This document shows positions 17,126 through 26,128 of a stretch of 64,000 nucleotides of DNA, one piece after another. Numbering within the stretch: position 1 is the stretch's first letter; the number at the start of each line of letters is the position of its first letter. This stretch comes from Actinomycetota bacterium (GTDB lineage Bacteria; Actinomycetota; Aquicultoria; Aquicultorales; JAMCWL01): contig JAMCWL010000001.1 of NCBI GenBank assembly GCA_023481285.1, forward strand, positions 1,539 to 65,538. Reading direction: 5' to 3'. The notes beneath the pieces are model-generated. The model worked only from the letters and a program-made list of their open reading frames with translations. It was not told the DNA's origin and did not search any database. The translations under genes were made by a program, and so were the position numbers.

Positions 17126-18685
17126 ATGCCTGAAGATATCCATGCAGATGCCCAAAAAGTCCTAGTAGTCGATTTTGGCGCCCAGTACGCGCAGTTGATC
17201 GCGCGCCGCGTTCGCGAGTGCCGCGTCTACTCCGAGATTGTTCCCCACTCGATAAGCGCCGAGGAGATAGGCGCGCGCAAGCCCAGCGCACTCATTCTTT
17301 CCGGAGGGCCGATGTCCGTCTATGAAGAGGGAGCGCCTGCGTGCGATCCGAAAATATTCGAGCTCGGCGTGCCCGTTCTCGGCATCTGCTACGGTATGCA
17401 GTTGATGGCCTACGCTCTCGGCGGTGAGGTCGCGAGAACCGGCCGGCGTGAGTTTGGCCGTACCCTCATGAGATTGAATGGGGAAGCCGGCGCCGGGGGA
17501 CTCTTCGCCGAGCTACCTCTCGAGCAGACCGTCTGGATGAGTCACTCAGATGCGGTCGGTAAGGCTCCAGCCGGGTTCATGGTTAGCGCCCGCACAGAGA
17601 GCTCCCCGGTGGCGGCGATGGAGGAGAGAAAGCGCGGGCTTTACGGCGTCCAATTTCATCCGGAAGTCTTTCACACCGACTATGGCATCGAGATACTCAA
17701 GAACTTCCTCTACGAGGCGGCCGGCTGCCAGCCGACCTGGACGATGTTTTCGATAATCGAAGACGCCGTCGAGCGCGTCAGGAAGACGGTCGACGACCGG
17801 AAAGTGATCTGCGGCCTCTCCGGCGGCGTCGACTCTGCCGTCGCGGCGGCGCTCGTCCACCGGGCCATAGGCGCCAACCTGACCTGCATTTTTGTAGACC
17901 ACGGGCTCTTGCGCAAGGACGAGGCTGAGCTGGTGTTCGGCACGTTCCGCAAGCACTTTCACATCAATCTCATTCACGTCGATGCCAGCGAGCGCTTTCT
18001 TGAGAAGCTTAAGGGTGTAGTTGATCCTGAGGCCAAGCGCAAGACGATCGGGAACGAGTTCATACGCGTCTTTGAGGAAGAGGCGCTGAAGCTCGAGGGC
18101 GTGGACTTTCTCGTTCAGGGAACGCTCTATCCAGACGTCATCGAATCGGGAACCAAGGATGCGGCGAAGATAAAAACTCACCACAACGTCGGAGGTCTGC
18201 CGGAAGATATGCAATTCAAGCTGATAGAGCCACTTCGCTCGCTTTTCAAGGACGAGGTCCGGGCGGTCGGGGAAGAGCTTGGTTTACCCGAGGAGATCGT
18301 CTGGCGCCAACCTTTCCCGGGGCCAGGGCTTGCCGTCAGGATCATCGGTGAGGTAACGGCAGAACGCCTGGAAATCCTCAGAGAGGCGGATGCCATCGTC
18401 GAGGAGGAGATAAAGAGGGCGGGTCTCTACAGGGAGATATGGCAGTCGTTCGCCGTGCTCCCCTGCATCAGGAGCGTCGGTGTCATGGGCGACGCCAGGA
18501 CCTACGCCTATCCGATAGCTATTCGCGCCGTCACCAGCGAGGACGCTATGACCGCTGACTGGGCGCGTCTACCATACGAGGTGCTCGAACGCATGTCAGC
18601 AAGGATCATCAACGAAGTTGCGGGCGTGAATCGCGTCGTATACGATATAAGCTCGAAGCCACCGAGCACTATCGAGTGGGAGTAA
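17126..18685 (+). CDS. guaA: GMP synthase (glutamine-hydrolysing)
   Basis: GATase1 (GICYGMQL), ATP-PPase SGGVDS motif and a conserved C-terminal dimerisation domain ending IEWE. ATG 17126 has GAGGA 6 nt upstream. Confidence 0.93.
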   Translation: MPEDIHADAQKVLVVDFGAQYAQLIARRVRECRVYSEIVPHSISAEEIGARKPSALILSGGPMSVYEEGAPACDPKIFELGVPVLGICYGMQLMAYALGGEVARTGRREFGRTLMRLNGEAGAGGLFAELPLEQTVWMSHSDAVGKAPAGFMVSARTESSPVAAMEERKRGLYGVQFHPEVFHTDYGIEILKNFLYEAAGCQPTWTMFSIIEDAVERVRKTVDDRKVICGLSGGVDSAVAAALVHRAIGANLTCIFVDHGLLRKDEAELVFGTFRKHFHINLIHVDASERFLEKLKGVVDPEAKRKTIGNEFIRVFEEEALKLEGVDFLVQGTLYPDVIESGTKDAAKIKTHHNVGGLPEDMQFKLIEPLRSLFKDEVRAVGEELGLPEEIVWRQPFPGPGLAVRIIGEVTAERLEILREADAIVEEEIKRAGLYREIWQSFAVLPCIRSVGVMGDARTYAYPIAIRAVTSEDAMTADWARLPYEVLERMSARIINEVAGVNRVVYDISSKPPSTIEWE

Positions 18686-18707
18686 GCGCCGTCCTAGGCT
18701 GCGCAGA

Positions 18708-18834
18708 GTATTAGAGCATTAGACATTAGAACATTAGAACTTATGAGGGTCTAGAGAGCTAAAAGACTTCCAGTCGGGCACCGGTGGCTCTAATGCGAAT
18801 CTGATGCTCTAATGTTCCAATGATCTAATGTTCC
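18708..18834. repeat. Intergenic element: CATTAGAA-type 8-mer arm (18708..18740), core (..GAGCTAAAAGACTTCCAGTCGGG..), inverted TTCTAATG-type arm (18786..18834)
   Basis: Arms are reverse complements at unit level. The core resembles AGCTAAAACCC..CCAGTTAA cores at 36862.. and 49343... Confidence 0.75.
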
Positions 18835-18859
18835 AGTAGGGTCCGCTCCGAACGGACTT

Positions 18860-18981
18860 CTGGTCTCTTAGTTTCATAGTCCCATAGTTTCTTAGTACCT
18901 TGGAAAAATGTCTTTCGTGCACCTTAAACCTGGGTACACCGATCGATGATTCACCAAGAAACCAAGAAACCAAGAAACCAG
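18860..18981. repeat. Intergenic element with TAGTTTCT-type left arm, about 50-nt core B (AAAAATGTCTTTCGTGCACCTTAAACCTGGGTACACCGATCGATGATTCA) and CAAGAAAC x3 right arm
   Basis: A near-identical element occurs in reverse orientation at 41948..42077. Confidence 0.85.
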
Positions 18982-19010
18982 TCAGATATTTTCGGGCGGG
19001 TTTTTATGTT

Positions 19011-19304
19011 ATGGAGGCCAGAATGGACAAAGAAGAGGCACTTGCCAAAATCGAGGAGCTGCGGGGGCGGGTTGACAAAATAGACAACCGCATCGTCTCC
19101 GACCTGAACGAGCGGGCGAAGATCGTCATAGATATACGCCGGATAAAAGAGGAAGCGGGTCTGTCTCTTTACGATCCGGGCCGCGAAGAGGCCATCTTCG
19201 CAAGCGTCACGCGGGCGAATGAGGGTCCTCTTTACGACGATAGTCTTCGCGACATCTACGAGTGCATCCTTCACTTTATGAGGAGTGGAGATCTCGGTGA
19301 CTGA
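19011..19304 (+). CDS. Chorismate mutase (AroQ class)
   Basis: About 97 aa; [38 protein letters not shown] pattern. The track start 18900 lies inside the repeat element and is rejected. Confidence 0.8.
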   Translation: MEARMDKEEALAKIEELRGRVDKIDNRIVSDLNERAKIVIDIRRIKEEAGLSLYDPGREEAIFASVTRANEGPLYDDSLRDIYECILHFMRSGDLGD

Positions 19305-20070
19305 TCTCTTCGCACCGGAAAAGGTCGTCGTCATAGCGGGTCCCTGCGCCGTTGAAGCGCGCGAGCAGGTTATGGAAGTAGCTCGCGTCGTTTCGGAAGA
19401 GGGCGCCAAAATCTTGCGCGGTGGCGCCTACAAACCCCGTACTTCTCCCTACTCTTTTCAGGGGCTCGAAGAAGAGGGATTGAAGCTACTTGCTGAGGCG
19501 GGAGAGACGTACGGGCTGAAGACGGCGACCGAGGTGACCGACACCGAGCACGCCGAGATAGTCTTGCGCTACGTCGATATCGTTCAGATAGGCACCCGCA
19601 ACATGGCCAATTTCGCCCTTCTAAAGAAGATCGGTCGTTTAACCAGCGCCGATGGTCGGCCGGTTATCTTAAAGAGGGGTTTCTCCTCAACGATAGAGGA
19701 GTGGCTTCTCGCGTCCGAGTACATAACGGGCGCGGGCAATCCCAACGTCATACTCTGCGAGCGAGGCATACGGACCTTTGAGACGGCCACCAGGTTTACC
19801 CTCGATCTCTCGGCGATTCCTGTAGTCAAGAAGCTCTCCAGCCATCCGATAATCGTGGACGCCAGCCACTCGACGGGCAACCGCGATATGGTCATCCCGA
19901 TGAGTCGGGCGGCCATCGCCGCCGGAGCCGACGGGATTATGGTCGAAGTACATCCCAATCCCAAGAAAGCGCTCTGCGACGGGGCGCAATCACTTACTCC
20001 CGGGCAGTTCTCCCAGCTTATGGAGGAAATTCGTCCGATAGTCTCGGCTGTCCGGCGCGACCTCGGCTAG
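19285..20070 (+). CDS. 3-deoxy-7-phosphoheptulonate (DAHP) synthase, type I-beta
   Basis: 261 aa; [35 protein letters not shown] and DASHSTG motifs. Overlaps the chorismate mutase stop. An in-frame GTG at 19297 is an alternative start. Confidence 0.88.
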   Translation: MEISVTDLFAPEKVVVIAGPCAVEAREQVMEVARVVSEEGAKILRGGAYKPRTSPYSFQGLEEEGLKLLAEAGETYGLKTATEVTDTEHAEIVLRYVDIVQIGTRNMANFALLKKIGRLTSADGRPVILKRGFSSTIEEWLLASEYITGAGNPNVILCERGIRTFETATRFTLDLSAIPVVKKLSSHPIIVDASHSTGNRDMVIPMSRAAIAAGADGIMVEVHPNPKKALCDGAQSLTPGQFSQLMEEIRPIVSAVRRDLG

Positions 20071-20152
20071 CGAAAGCCCTCCAAGAATGTCCTACTGAGT
20101 TCAATTACTTCTGATCTCGAGAAAAAGGAGTCCGCCTTCTCTTCGAGCAGGT

Positions 20153-20187
20153 TTAAGCGGTGCCTGTTAAGCGGTGCCTGGTACCGC
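20153..20187. repeat. REP-like motif: 14-nt unit TTAAGCGGTGCCTG x2, closing into the imperfect palindrome GCGGTGCCTGGTACCGC
   Basis: Read directly. Related to the RayT-flanking CGGTACCTGGTACCG. Confidence 0.7.
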
Positions 20188-20438
20188 TAACTTTATCTAC
20201 CTGCGGTTTTTGTTAAAAAAAGGGCATTTTCTTGCTCCCTCCGCACCTATTTTAGATTGAGGGCTGACGAGTCTTTTTAAGATTAACGTCCAGCCGTCCG
20301 CGAATCCGCAAAGTGACGCCGGCTACTTTCGATTACTTCAATTCAACGGAACCTACATAGCCAAGAAAGATTCGTCGCATTGGGTAAATTGTCGTGGCCA
20401 CGTTAAAACTATGCGATAAATTGGCGAGGGTTTTTCTT

Positions 20439-21602
20439 ATGTCCAGGAAGATCGTCGTGCTTGGCGGAGGGGTTGGCGGACTCGTCGTTGCAAACAGGCT
20501 TCGAGTACTAAAGGACGTCGAAGTCACCCTTGTCGACAAGAAACAAGAGCATCTCTTCTATCCCTCTTTGCTCTGGCTTATGATAGGCAAGCGGAAGCCG
20601 GACGAGATACGTCGCGACCTCGGCGTGCTTGAAAGAAAAGGCGTCTGCGTGCTCTCCGGCGAGGTGACGGGGATAAATCCGGATGACAAATCCGTCACCG
20701 TTGGAGACGAGAAGCTACCTTACGACTATCTGATCGTCGCCCTCGGAGCCGATCTTGTACCGGAGCGGGTGCCGGGGCTTTCGGAAGACGCCTTCAACCT
20801 TTATGAACTTGAAAGCGTCAAGCGGCTCAGGTATGCCCTGGAGGGTTTTCCGGGCGGGAAGGTGGTTGTGCTCATCTCCAGCACGCCGTTCAAGTGTCCG
20901 GCCGCGCCTTACGAGGCCGCCTTGCTGGTCGAGCACTTCTTCCACACGAGAGGCAAAAGGGGCAAGATCGACCTCGAGGTCATAACGCCGGAGCCGCTGC
21001 CGATGCCTACCGCCGGACCTTCCGCTGGGACGGCAATGACGGTCTTGCTCGCACTGCGCGGCATCGCCTTTATTGGAAGCACCGCGGTCAAAGAGGTCGA
21101 TGTCTCGAACAGCGAGCTTATTTTCAATGACGGCCAGAAGCGACTATTCGATCTTCTGATCACCGTCCCTCCGCACCAGGCTCCACAAGTCGTCGCCGAA
21201 TCGCCGCTTGCGGGTAGCGCCGGATGGATCCCCGTAGATCCAAAGACGCTGGCCACACCATACGACGGTGTTTATGCGCTGGGGGACGTAACGACGGTTC
21301 CTCTGCCCGGACGCTATAAGTCCGATCAGCCGCTGAATCTCCCCAAGGCGGGAGTCTTCGCTCACCACCAAGCGGACGTTGTCGCCCATAACATCGCCAC
21401 TGAAATCAAGGGGCGAGGTGGTTTGCGGGCGTTCGACGGCCATGGGTGGTGCATTATTGAGGCCGGTTACGGCAGGGCCGCTGCGGCGAGCGGAAATTTC
21501 TATGCGACGCCAACTCCAGCCGTTCGCTTCAAGGGGCCGGGCCTTGTCCTCCATTGGGAGAAGGTGCTTTTCGAGAAGTACTGGCTACGGCGCTGGTTTT
21601 AG
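20439..21602 (+). CDS. FAD-dependent pyridine-nucleotide-disulfide oxidoreductase, sulfide:quinone oxidoreductase-like
   Basis: MSRKIVVLGGGVGGL Rossmann start, FKCPAAPYE motif, GDV..VPLP. The exact substrate is inferred. Confidence 0.7.
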   Translation: MSRKIVVLGGGVGGLVVANRLRVLKDVEVTLVDKKQEHLFYPSLLWLMIGKRKPDEIRRDLGVLERKGVCVLSGEVTGINPDDKSVTVGDEKLPYDYLIVALGADLVPERVPGLSEDAFNLYELESVKRLRYALEGFPGGKVVVLISSTPFKCPAAPYEAALLVEHFFHTRGKRGKIDLEVITPEPLPMPTAGPSAGTAMTVLLALRGIAFIGSTAVKEVDVSNSELIFNDGQKRLFDLLITVPPHQAPQVVAESPLAGSAGWIPVDPKTLATPYDGVYALGDVTTVPLPGRYKSDQPLNLPKAGVFAHHQADVVAHNIATEIKGRGGLRAFDGHGWCIIEAGYGRAAAASGNFYATPTPAVRFKGPGLVLHWEKVLFEKYWLRRWF

Positions 21603-21615
21603 GGCTTGGAAGCGG

Positions 21616-22122
21616 TCATGAAACCCTGCGCTCTCTCCGCGCGAAGCGACGCCGGTCGCTCTCTATTACTTTAAGCGCCGCCTCCCGGTCCATCCAACCC
21701 TCGACTGTAACCTCTTTCGCCTCGAGGCTCTTGTATATCTCGAAGAAAGTGGCGATTTCGTTCAGAAGGTGGGGCGGCACCTCGTCGATGTCGTCGACGT
21801 AGTTCCAGAGCGGGTCGCCGACCGGCACACAGAGGATTTTGTAGTCGAGACCCTTTTCATCCTCCATCTTGAAGAGGCCCACCGGCTTCGATTCGATGTA
21901 GCAGCCTGGAAAAGTCGGCTCCGCGACGAGGACGAGCGCATCGAGTGCGTCGCCGTCTTCGGAAAACGTCTCTGGGATAAAGCCGTAATCCGCCGGGTAG
22001 TGGACGGAAGAGAAGAGCATCCGATCATACCTGAACCGGTTCAGCGACGGGTCCCATTCGTACTTGTTCCGGCTGCCCGTTGGAATCTCAATGATGACGG
22101 GGATGCTGAAAAGCTCGCGCAC
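21616..22122 (-). CDS. ppa: Inorganic pyrophosphatase (family I)
   Basis: 168 aa; IEIPTGSRNKYE, YPADYGFIP, DGDALD motifs. Confidence 0.92.
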   Translation of the reverse strand: MRELFSIPVIIEIPTGSRNKYEWDPSLNRFRYDRMLFSSVHYPADYGFIPETFSEDGDALDALVLVAEPTFPGCYIESKPVGLFKMEDEKGLDYKILCVPVGDPLWNYVDDIDEVPPHLLNEIATFFEIYKSLEAKEVTVEGWMDREAALKVIESDRRRFARRERRVS

Positions 22123-22400
22123 ACCAACCCTTTCTCAGCGCTGTTGTACCCATGTGGCTTACTTCTTGTATAGGCAATTTGTAAAAAGTTTCTTAAAATT
22201 GGCCTTCGACAACCTCCGGTCGGTCATCTGACGGTCCGCAATGCGCTCTATCGCTCCAGTTGGAAAGGGTCATTCTGCTTGCTCGGACTCTGTAACAGCA
22301 AGTTTTACATACTACCGGCCTTGACCTATATTTAAACTCGTGCGATCTTCCTAAAGACCGCGGAAGAGCCTGCCGACAAGAGTGGTGGAGACAGGAAAAA

Positions 22401-22610
22401 GTGGCCGTTCAAAAATATAAGTGCCCGACTTGCGGAGCTGAAGACGTTGTATCGCTTGGGGCTTGTAGAATCTGCCTGAAAAGCGTCTGTCTGCGTTGCG
22501 GGACGAAACAGACGACCTTGACGGGCATCATCGTAACCCACTCCTCTTGCTTTAACGAGCACCCCGAATTCGTCAGGTCGCACTTCAAGCTCTTTAAGTT
22601 CAAAACCTGA
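22401..22610 (+). CDS. Small zinc-ribbon protein, unknown function
   Basis: 69 aa; CPTC..(13)..CRIC..CLRC cysteine pairs. Weak RBS. Confidence 0.4.
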   Translation: MAVQKYKCPTCGAEDVVSLGACRICLKSVCLRCGTKQTTLTGIIVTHSSCFNEHPEFVRSHFKLFKFKT

Positions 22611-22751
22611 GTTGTTTGTAGCAGAGTAATGGATCAGTGATCAATAAGATCATGCGCTTACAAGCCCCAATGTTAAGGTGGCTGATTAAGCGCCGATTAA
22701 CCGGTATTTTGTCTTTCCCGTGTCTTTCCCGAGTACGGGACTACCCATATA

Positions 22752-25652
22752 ATGAAATTTATGAATCTACTCGCGAACCTCAATCCCGTTCAGCAAGAAG
22801 CGGTGACGCACGTCGGGGGGCCTCTCCTCATCCTCGCCGGGGCCGGAAGCGGTAAGACCAGAATTTTAACTCACAGGATCGCTTATTTAATTGGCGAGCT
22901 GGGCGTCGACCCATTCGAAATCCTGGCGATCACCTTCACCAACAAGGCGGCCGACGAGATGAAAAACCGGATTGAGGCTCTGGTAGGCCCGGTTTCTAGG
23001 CGGATGTGGGTCTCAACTTTCCACTCGGCATGCGTGCGCATCCTCCGGCGGGAGATAGAGAGGCTCGGTTATACCCGTCGCTTCACAATTTACGATGAGA
23101 GCGACCGGAAACGGCTGATCTCCTCCTGCCTTGGCGATCTCGACGTCGATCCGAAGCGCTTTCCCGCGTCGAAGGTGATGGTGGCGATCTCGAACGCCAA
23201 GAATCATCTTATCGACGCGGAGACCTACTCTGAAAGCGTGCGGACCTATCAGGAGCGAACGTTCGCCGAAGTATACCAGCTCTATCAGGAGAGGCTCTAC
23301 AAGAACAACGCGCTCGATTTTGACGATCTCATCATGGTGAGCGTCAACCTTTTTACGCTTTTCGCAAGCGTTCGCGAGGCTTACCAGGAGATGTTCAAGT
23401 ATATTCTGGTTGACGAGTACCAGGATACCAACGAGGCGCAGTACAGCCTGATCAATTTACTCGCCGCCAAGCATCGCAATCTCTGTGTTGTTGGGGATGA
23501 CGACCAGTGTTTACCAGCTGGGACTTTGGTTTCTACCGATAAAGGTGATGTGCCAATTGAAAAAATTGAGAAAGGCCAGAATGTTTTAACGGCGGTTGGA
23601 AGAGGCGGAGTATCTGTCAGTAAAGTAACTAACGTTTCTAAGACAACCAAAACAGCAAGACATATTACGTTTATAACAAAATCGGGCGCTAGAGTTACGG
23701 CAACCGATAACCACAAGATGTTTGCTCTAGTTCCCCAAAAATCAAATCGTGAGCACCATTACGTTTATTTAATGCACAAGCAAGAATTAGGCTGGAGAAT
23801 TGGAGTTACCAATGACCTTGAGTTTTGTCATCGAGCATATGCTCCTAAGTCGAAGAACTTATTGAAAAACCCTCAGTTATTGCATTTGCTAAGCTTAGAA
23901 ACTAGCGACGAAAATACGTGCCGAGAAATTGAGGCTCTTGGTTTCAAGCTAGAGAAAGCAAAAAAAGGTAAGAGGTTGAGAGTTACAAGCACCGATATAA
24001 AAAAACTTGAAGAAATCGCTTATGAAGTAGCAGAAAAAACGGATGCTTTACCTGAGCTTAATTTCAAGCTAGGAATTTTTAATCGACAAAGCTTGCCGGC
24101 CTTAATTATGCCAGCCGGTAATGTAAAAGAAGGCTTTTGGTTGCCAATATCGAGAAACGATCAAATTTTTTATGACGAAGTGGTTGAGATTGAAGAAGAG
24201 ATCAAAAGCGAACCAGTATATGATTTAGAGGTCGAGCGAACCCATAACTTTATTGCAAATGGAGTAGTGGTTCATAACTCGATCTATAAATTCCGTGGGG
24301 CAGATATCCGCAATATCCTCAATTTCGAGGAGGATTACCCGGACGCGAAGGTGATCAAGCTCGAGCAGAACTACCGCTCGACTAAGACGATCCTGGAAGC
24401 GGCGAACCGGATCGTCGCCAACAACAGGGGCCGCAAGGAGAAAAGCCTGTGGACCGCGAATGACGATGGCGAACCGGCCGTCCGCTTTGAAGGGGAGAAT
24501 GAGCACGAAGAGGCGACGTTCGTGGTGACCGAGATAGAGTCACTTGTGCGAAACGGGCGGACCTACAACGACATGGCCGTCTTTTACCGCACCAACGCCC
24601 AGTCGCGCGTCTTTGAGGAGATTTTGCTCCGGTACGGCGTGCCCTACCGTGTCATCGGGAGCTTGCGCTTCTACGAGCGCCAGGAGATAAAGGATATCCT
24701 CGCCTACTTGAGGGTGGTCGTCAACCCGGCCGATTCCGTCTCGATAAGGCGAATTATCAACGTGCCAAAGCGGGGCCTCGGCAAGGCTGCTGTGGCCTGG
24801 GTCGATAACTTTGCGGTCAAGGAGAAGGTGGATTTCTGGTCGGCGCTACGAAGAGTGGATGAGATTGTCCAGCTCACCCCGGTGGCCCGTAAGGCGGTCG
24901 CTTCCTTTGTCTCGCTCATCGACGGGCTGCGCGCGTTGCTGGAGGGCGACGGGGTAAACATCGAAGAGTTCATGCGCTCGCTTATCGACCGGACCGCCTA
25001 CGTGGCCGCGCTCGAGGAGGAGCGGACGGTTGAGTCGCAGAGCCGGGTGGAGAACGTTCAGGAGCTTGTCTCGGTCGTCCAGGAGTTCGAGCGAGAAGGA
25101 GAGAGGACGCTCGATGAGTTTCTGGCCGAGGTCTCTCTTATCAGCGATATAGACGAGCTTCCGGAGGAAGAGAATGCCGTCACTTTGATGACGCTTCATA
25201 ATGCGAAGGGCCTCGAATTTCCGGTCGTCTTCATCGCCGGCATGGAGGATGGCGTCTTTCCCCATATTCGATCGGTGACCGACATGGACGAGTTGGAGGA
25301 GGAGCGCCGCCTCTGCTACGTCGGCATCACCAGGGCCCAAAAGAGGCTCTATCTGACAAACGCCCTGTCTCGCAACTTATGGGGCGGTACCAGTTGGAAT
25401 ACTCCGTCGCGCTTTCTGAGGGAAATCCCGGAAGAACTCACAACCAGGTGCGAGCGGAAGGTTGATGCTAAGGCTATACCCAAGGTTGATCTCGATTACG
25501 AAGTTGGAGACCGGATCAAGCACCCCCAGTTTGGAGAGGGTTTGGTCACCGCCGTCAGCTCTCCCGGACAGATCACCGTCCTCTTCTCGGAAGGCGAAAA
25601 GACGCTTCACCTCAGCTACGCACCCCTGGAGAAACTAGAGACCAGAAAGTAG
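22752..25652 (+). CDS. pcrA: ATP-dependent DNA helicase PcrA/UvrD, interrupted by an intein
   Basis: Motif I AGAGSGKT, II VDEYQDT, III split as VVGDDDQ | SIYKFRGAD, V/VI (LMTLHNAKGLEF, VGITRA). 966 aa, of which 257 are intein. Confidence 0.93.
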   Translation: MKFMNLLANLNPVQQEAVTHVGGPLLILAGAGSGKTRILTHRIAYLIGELGVDPFEILAITFTNKAADEMKNRIEALVGPVSRRMWVSTFHSACVRILRREIERLGYTRRFTIYDESDRKRLISSCLGDLDVDPKRFPASKVMVAISNAKNHLIDAETYSESVRTYQERTFAEVYQLYQERLYKNNALDFDDLIMVSVNLFTLFASVREAYQEMFKYILVDEYQDTNEAQYSLINLLAAKHRNLCVVGDDDQCLPAGTLVSTDKGDVPIEKIEKGQNVLTAVGRGGVSVSKVTNVSKTTKTARHITFITKSGARVTATDNHKMFALVPQKSNREHHYVYLMHKQELGWRIGVTNDLEFCHRAYAPKSKNLLKNPQLLHLLSLETSDENTCREIEALGFKLEKAKKGKRLRVTSTDIKKLEEIAYEVAEKTDALPELNFKLGIFNRQSLPALIMPAGNVKEGFWLPISRNDQIFYDEVVEIEEEIKSEPVYDLEVERTHNFIANGVVVHNSIYKFRGADIRNILNFEEDYPDAKVIKLEQNYRSTKTILEAANRIVANNRGRKEKSLWTANDDGEPAVRFEGENEHEEATFVVTEIESLVRNGRTYNDMAVFYRTNAQSRVFEEILLRYGVPYRVIGSLRFYERQEIKDILAYLRVVVNPADSVSIRRIINVPKRGLGKAAVAWVDNFAVKEKVDFWSALRRVDEIVQLTPVARKAVASFVSLIDGLRALLEGDGVNIEEFMRSLIDRTAYVAALEEERTVESQSRVENVQELVSVVQEFEREGERTLDEFLAEVSLISDIDELPEEENAVTLMTLHNAKGLEFPVVFIAGMEDGVFPHIRSVTDMDELEEERRLCYVGITRAQKRLYLTNALSRNLWGGTSWNTPSRFLREIPEELTTRCERKVDAKAIPKVDLDYEVGDRIKHPQFGEGLVTAVSSPGQITVLFSEGEKTLHLSYAPLEKLETRK
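23508..24278 (+). other. Intein (257 aa) inserted in helicase motif III of PcrA
   Basis: Starts CLPAGTLV (block A). TATDNHKMF (block B, TxxH). Ends VYDLEVERTHNFIANGVVVHN followed by +1 Ser. No LAGLIDADG/HNH motifs recognised. Segment is visibly AT-rich versus the flanks. Confidence 0.85.
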
Positions 25653-25725
25653 AAACTGGATAAGCAGGTAAGTCTTTTCGAGTCTCTAGAGGGCCGAAGG
25701 CCCGTTCGAGTCTCGAGTTTCTAGT
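25629..25725. repeat. GAAACTAG/GTAGAAAC-type units at the pcrA 3' end with partially complementary units (GTCTCTAG, AGTTTCTA) downstream, flanking hairpin GGGCCGAAGGCCC
   Basis: Read directly. The last 8 codons of pcrA (LEKLETRK) lie in the left arm. Confidence 0.5.
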
Positions 25726-25750
25726 ATGGCCTCTACCTGCCGGTTTATCG

Positions 25751-25771
25751 GGAAATCGATTTCCTTTTTTA
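25751..25771 (+). terminator. Possible weak intrinsic terminator downstream of pcrA
   Basis: Palindrome GGAAATCGATTTCC followed by TTTTTT. The stem is short and AT-rich. Confidence 0.35.
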
Positions 25772-25849
25772 TCTTGTCTTAGACGGCACTCATCGAAAAT
25801 CGAAGCTAGAAATTCGAACTCCGAGGACCTACTTGCGAACCAAGCCCCA

Positions 25850-25877
25850 ACTGATAACCGATAACTGATAACTGACA
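25850..25877. repeat. 7-mer tandem array ACTGATA/ACCGATA x4
   Basis: Read directly. Confidence 0.7.
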
Positions 25878-26128
25878 TCCGAGAACTGAGGGGAAACGAA
25901 GAGGAGCTTTCCAGTTTCGCAAAGCTATAAAGGCCCATGTTAAGAGAGTGCCAAGTTTAGTCCCTGCGGTATTGGGTAGCTGTATCAAGGTTACCGAATG
26001 GGGTTTAAAAGATGTCCTTATTCAGCCGTACGGCCGCATTCTCGATAATGCAGGCTTGAGGTCCTGTGAAATAGTGAGGGATCGTACATAGGCTGCGGTA
26101 ACCCTGCAAACTGAAAGGAGGAATATCG

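Noticed and set aside
22746-22761. TATAAT immediately abutting the pcrA ATG, suggesting a leaderless mRNA starting at the second ATG (22761).
   Set aside because: The evidence is a single hexamer match with no supporting -35 element, and there is no way to choose between the two ATGs from sequence alone.
25690-25715. tRNA-like T-arm sequence (GGCCCGTTCGAGTCTCG) downstream of pcrA.
   Set aside because: No acceptor stem, D-arm or anticodon arm can be drawn around it. It is part of the hairpin/repeat region.
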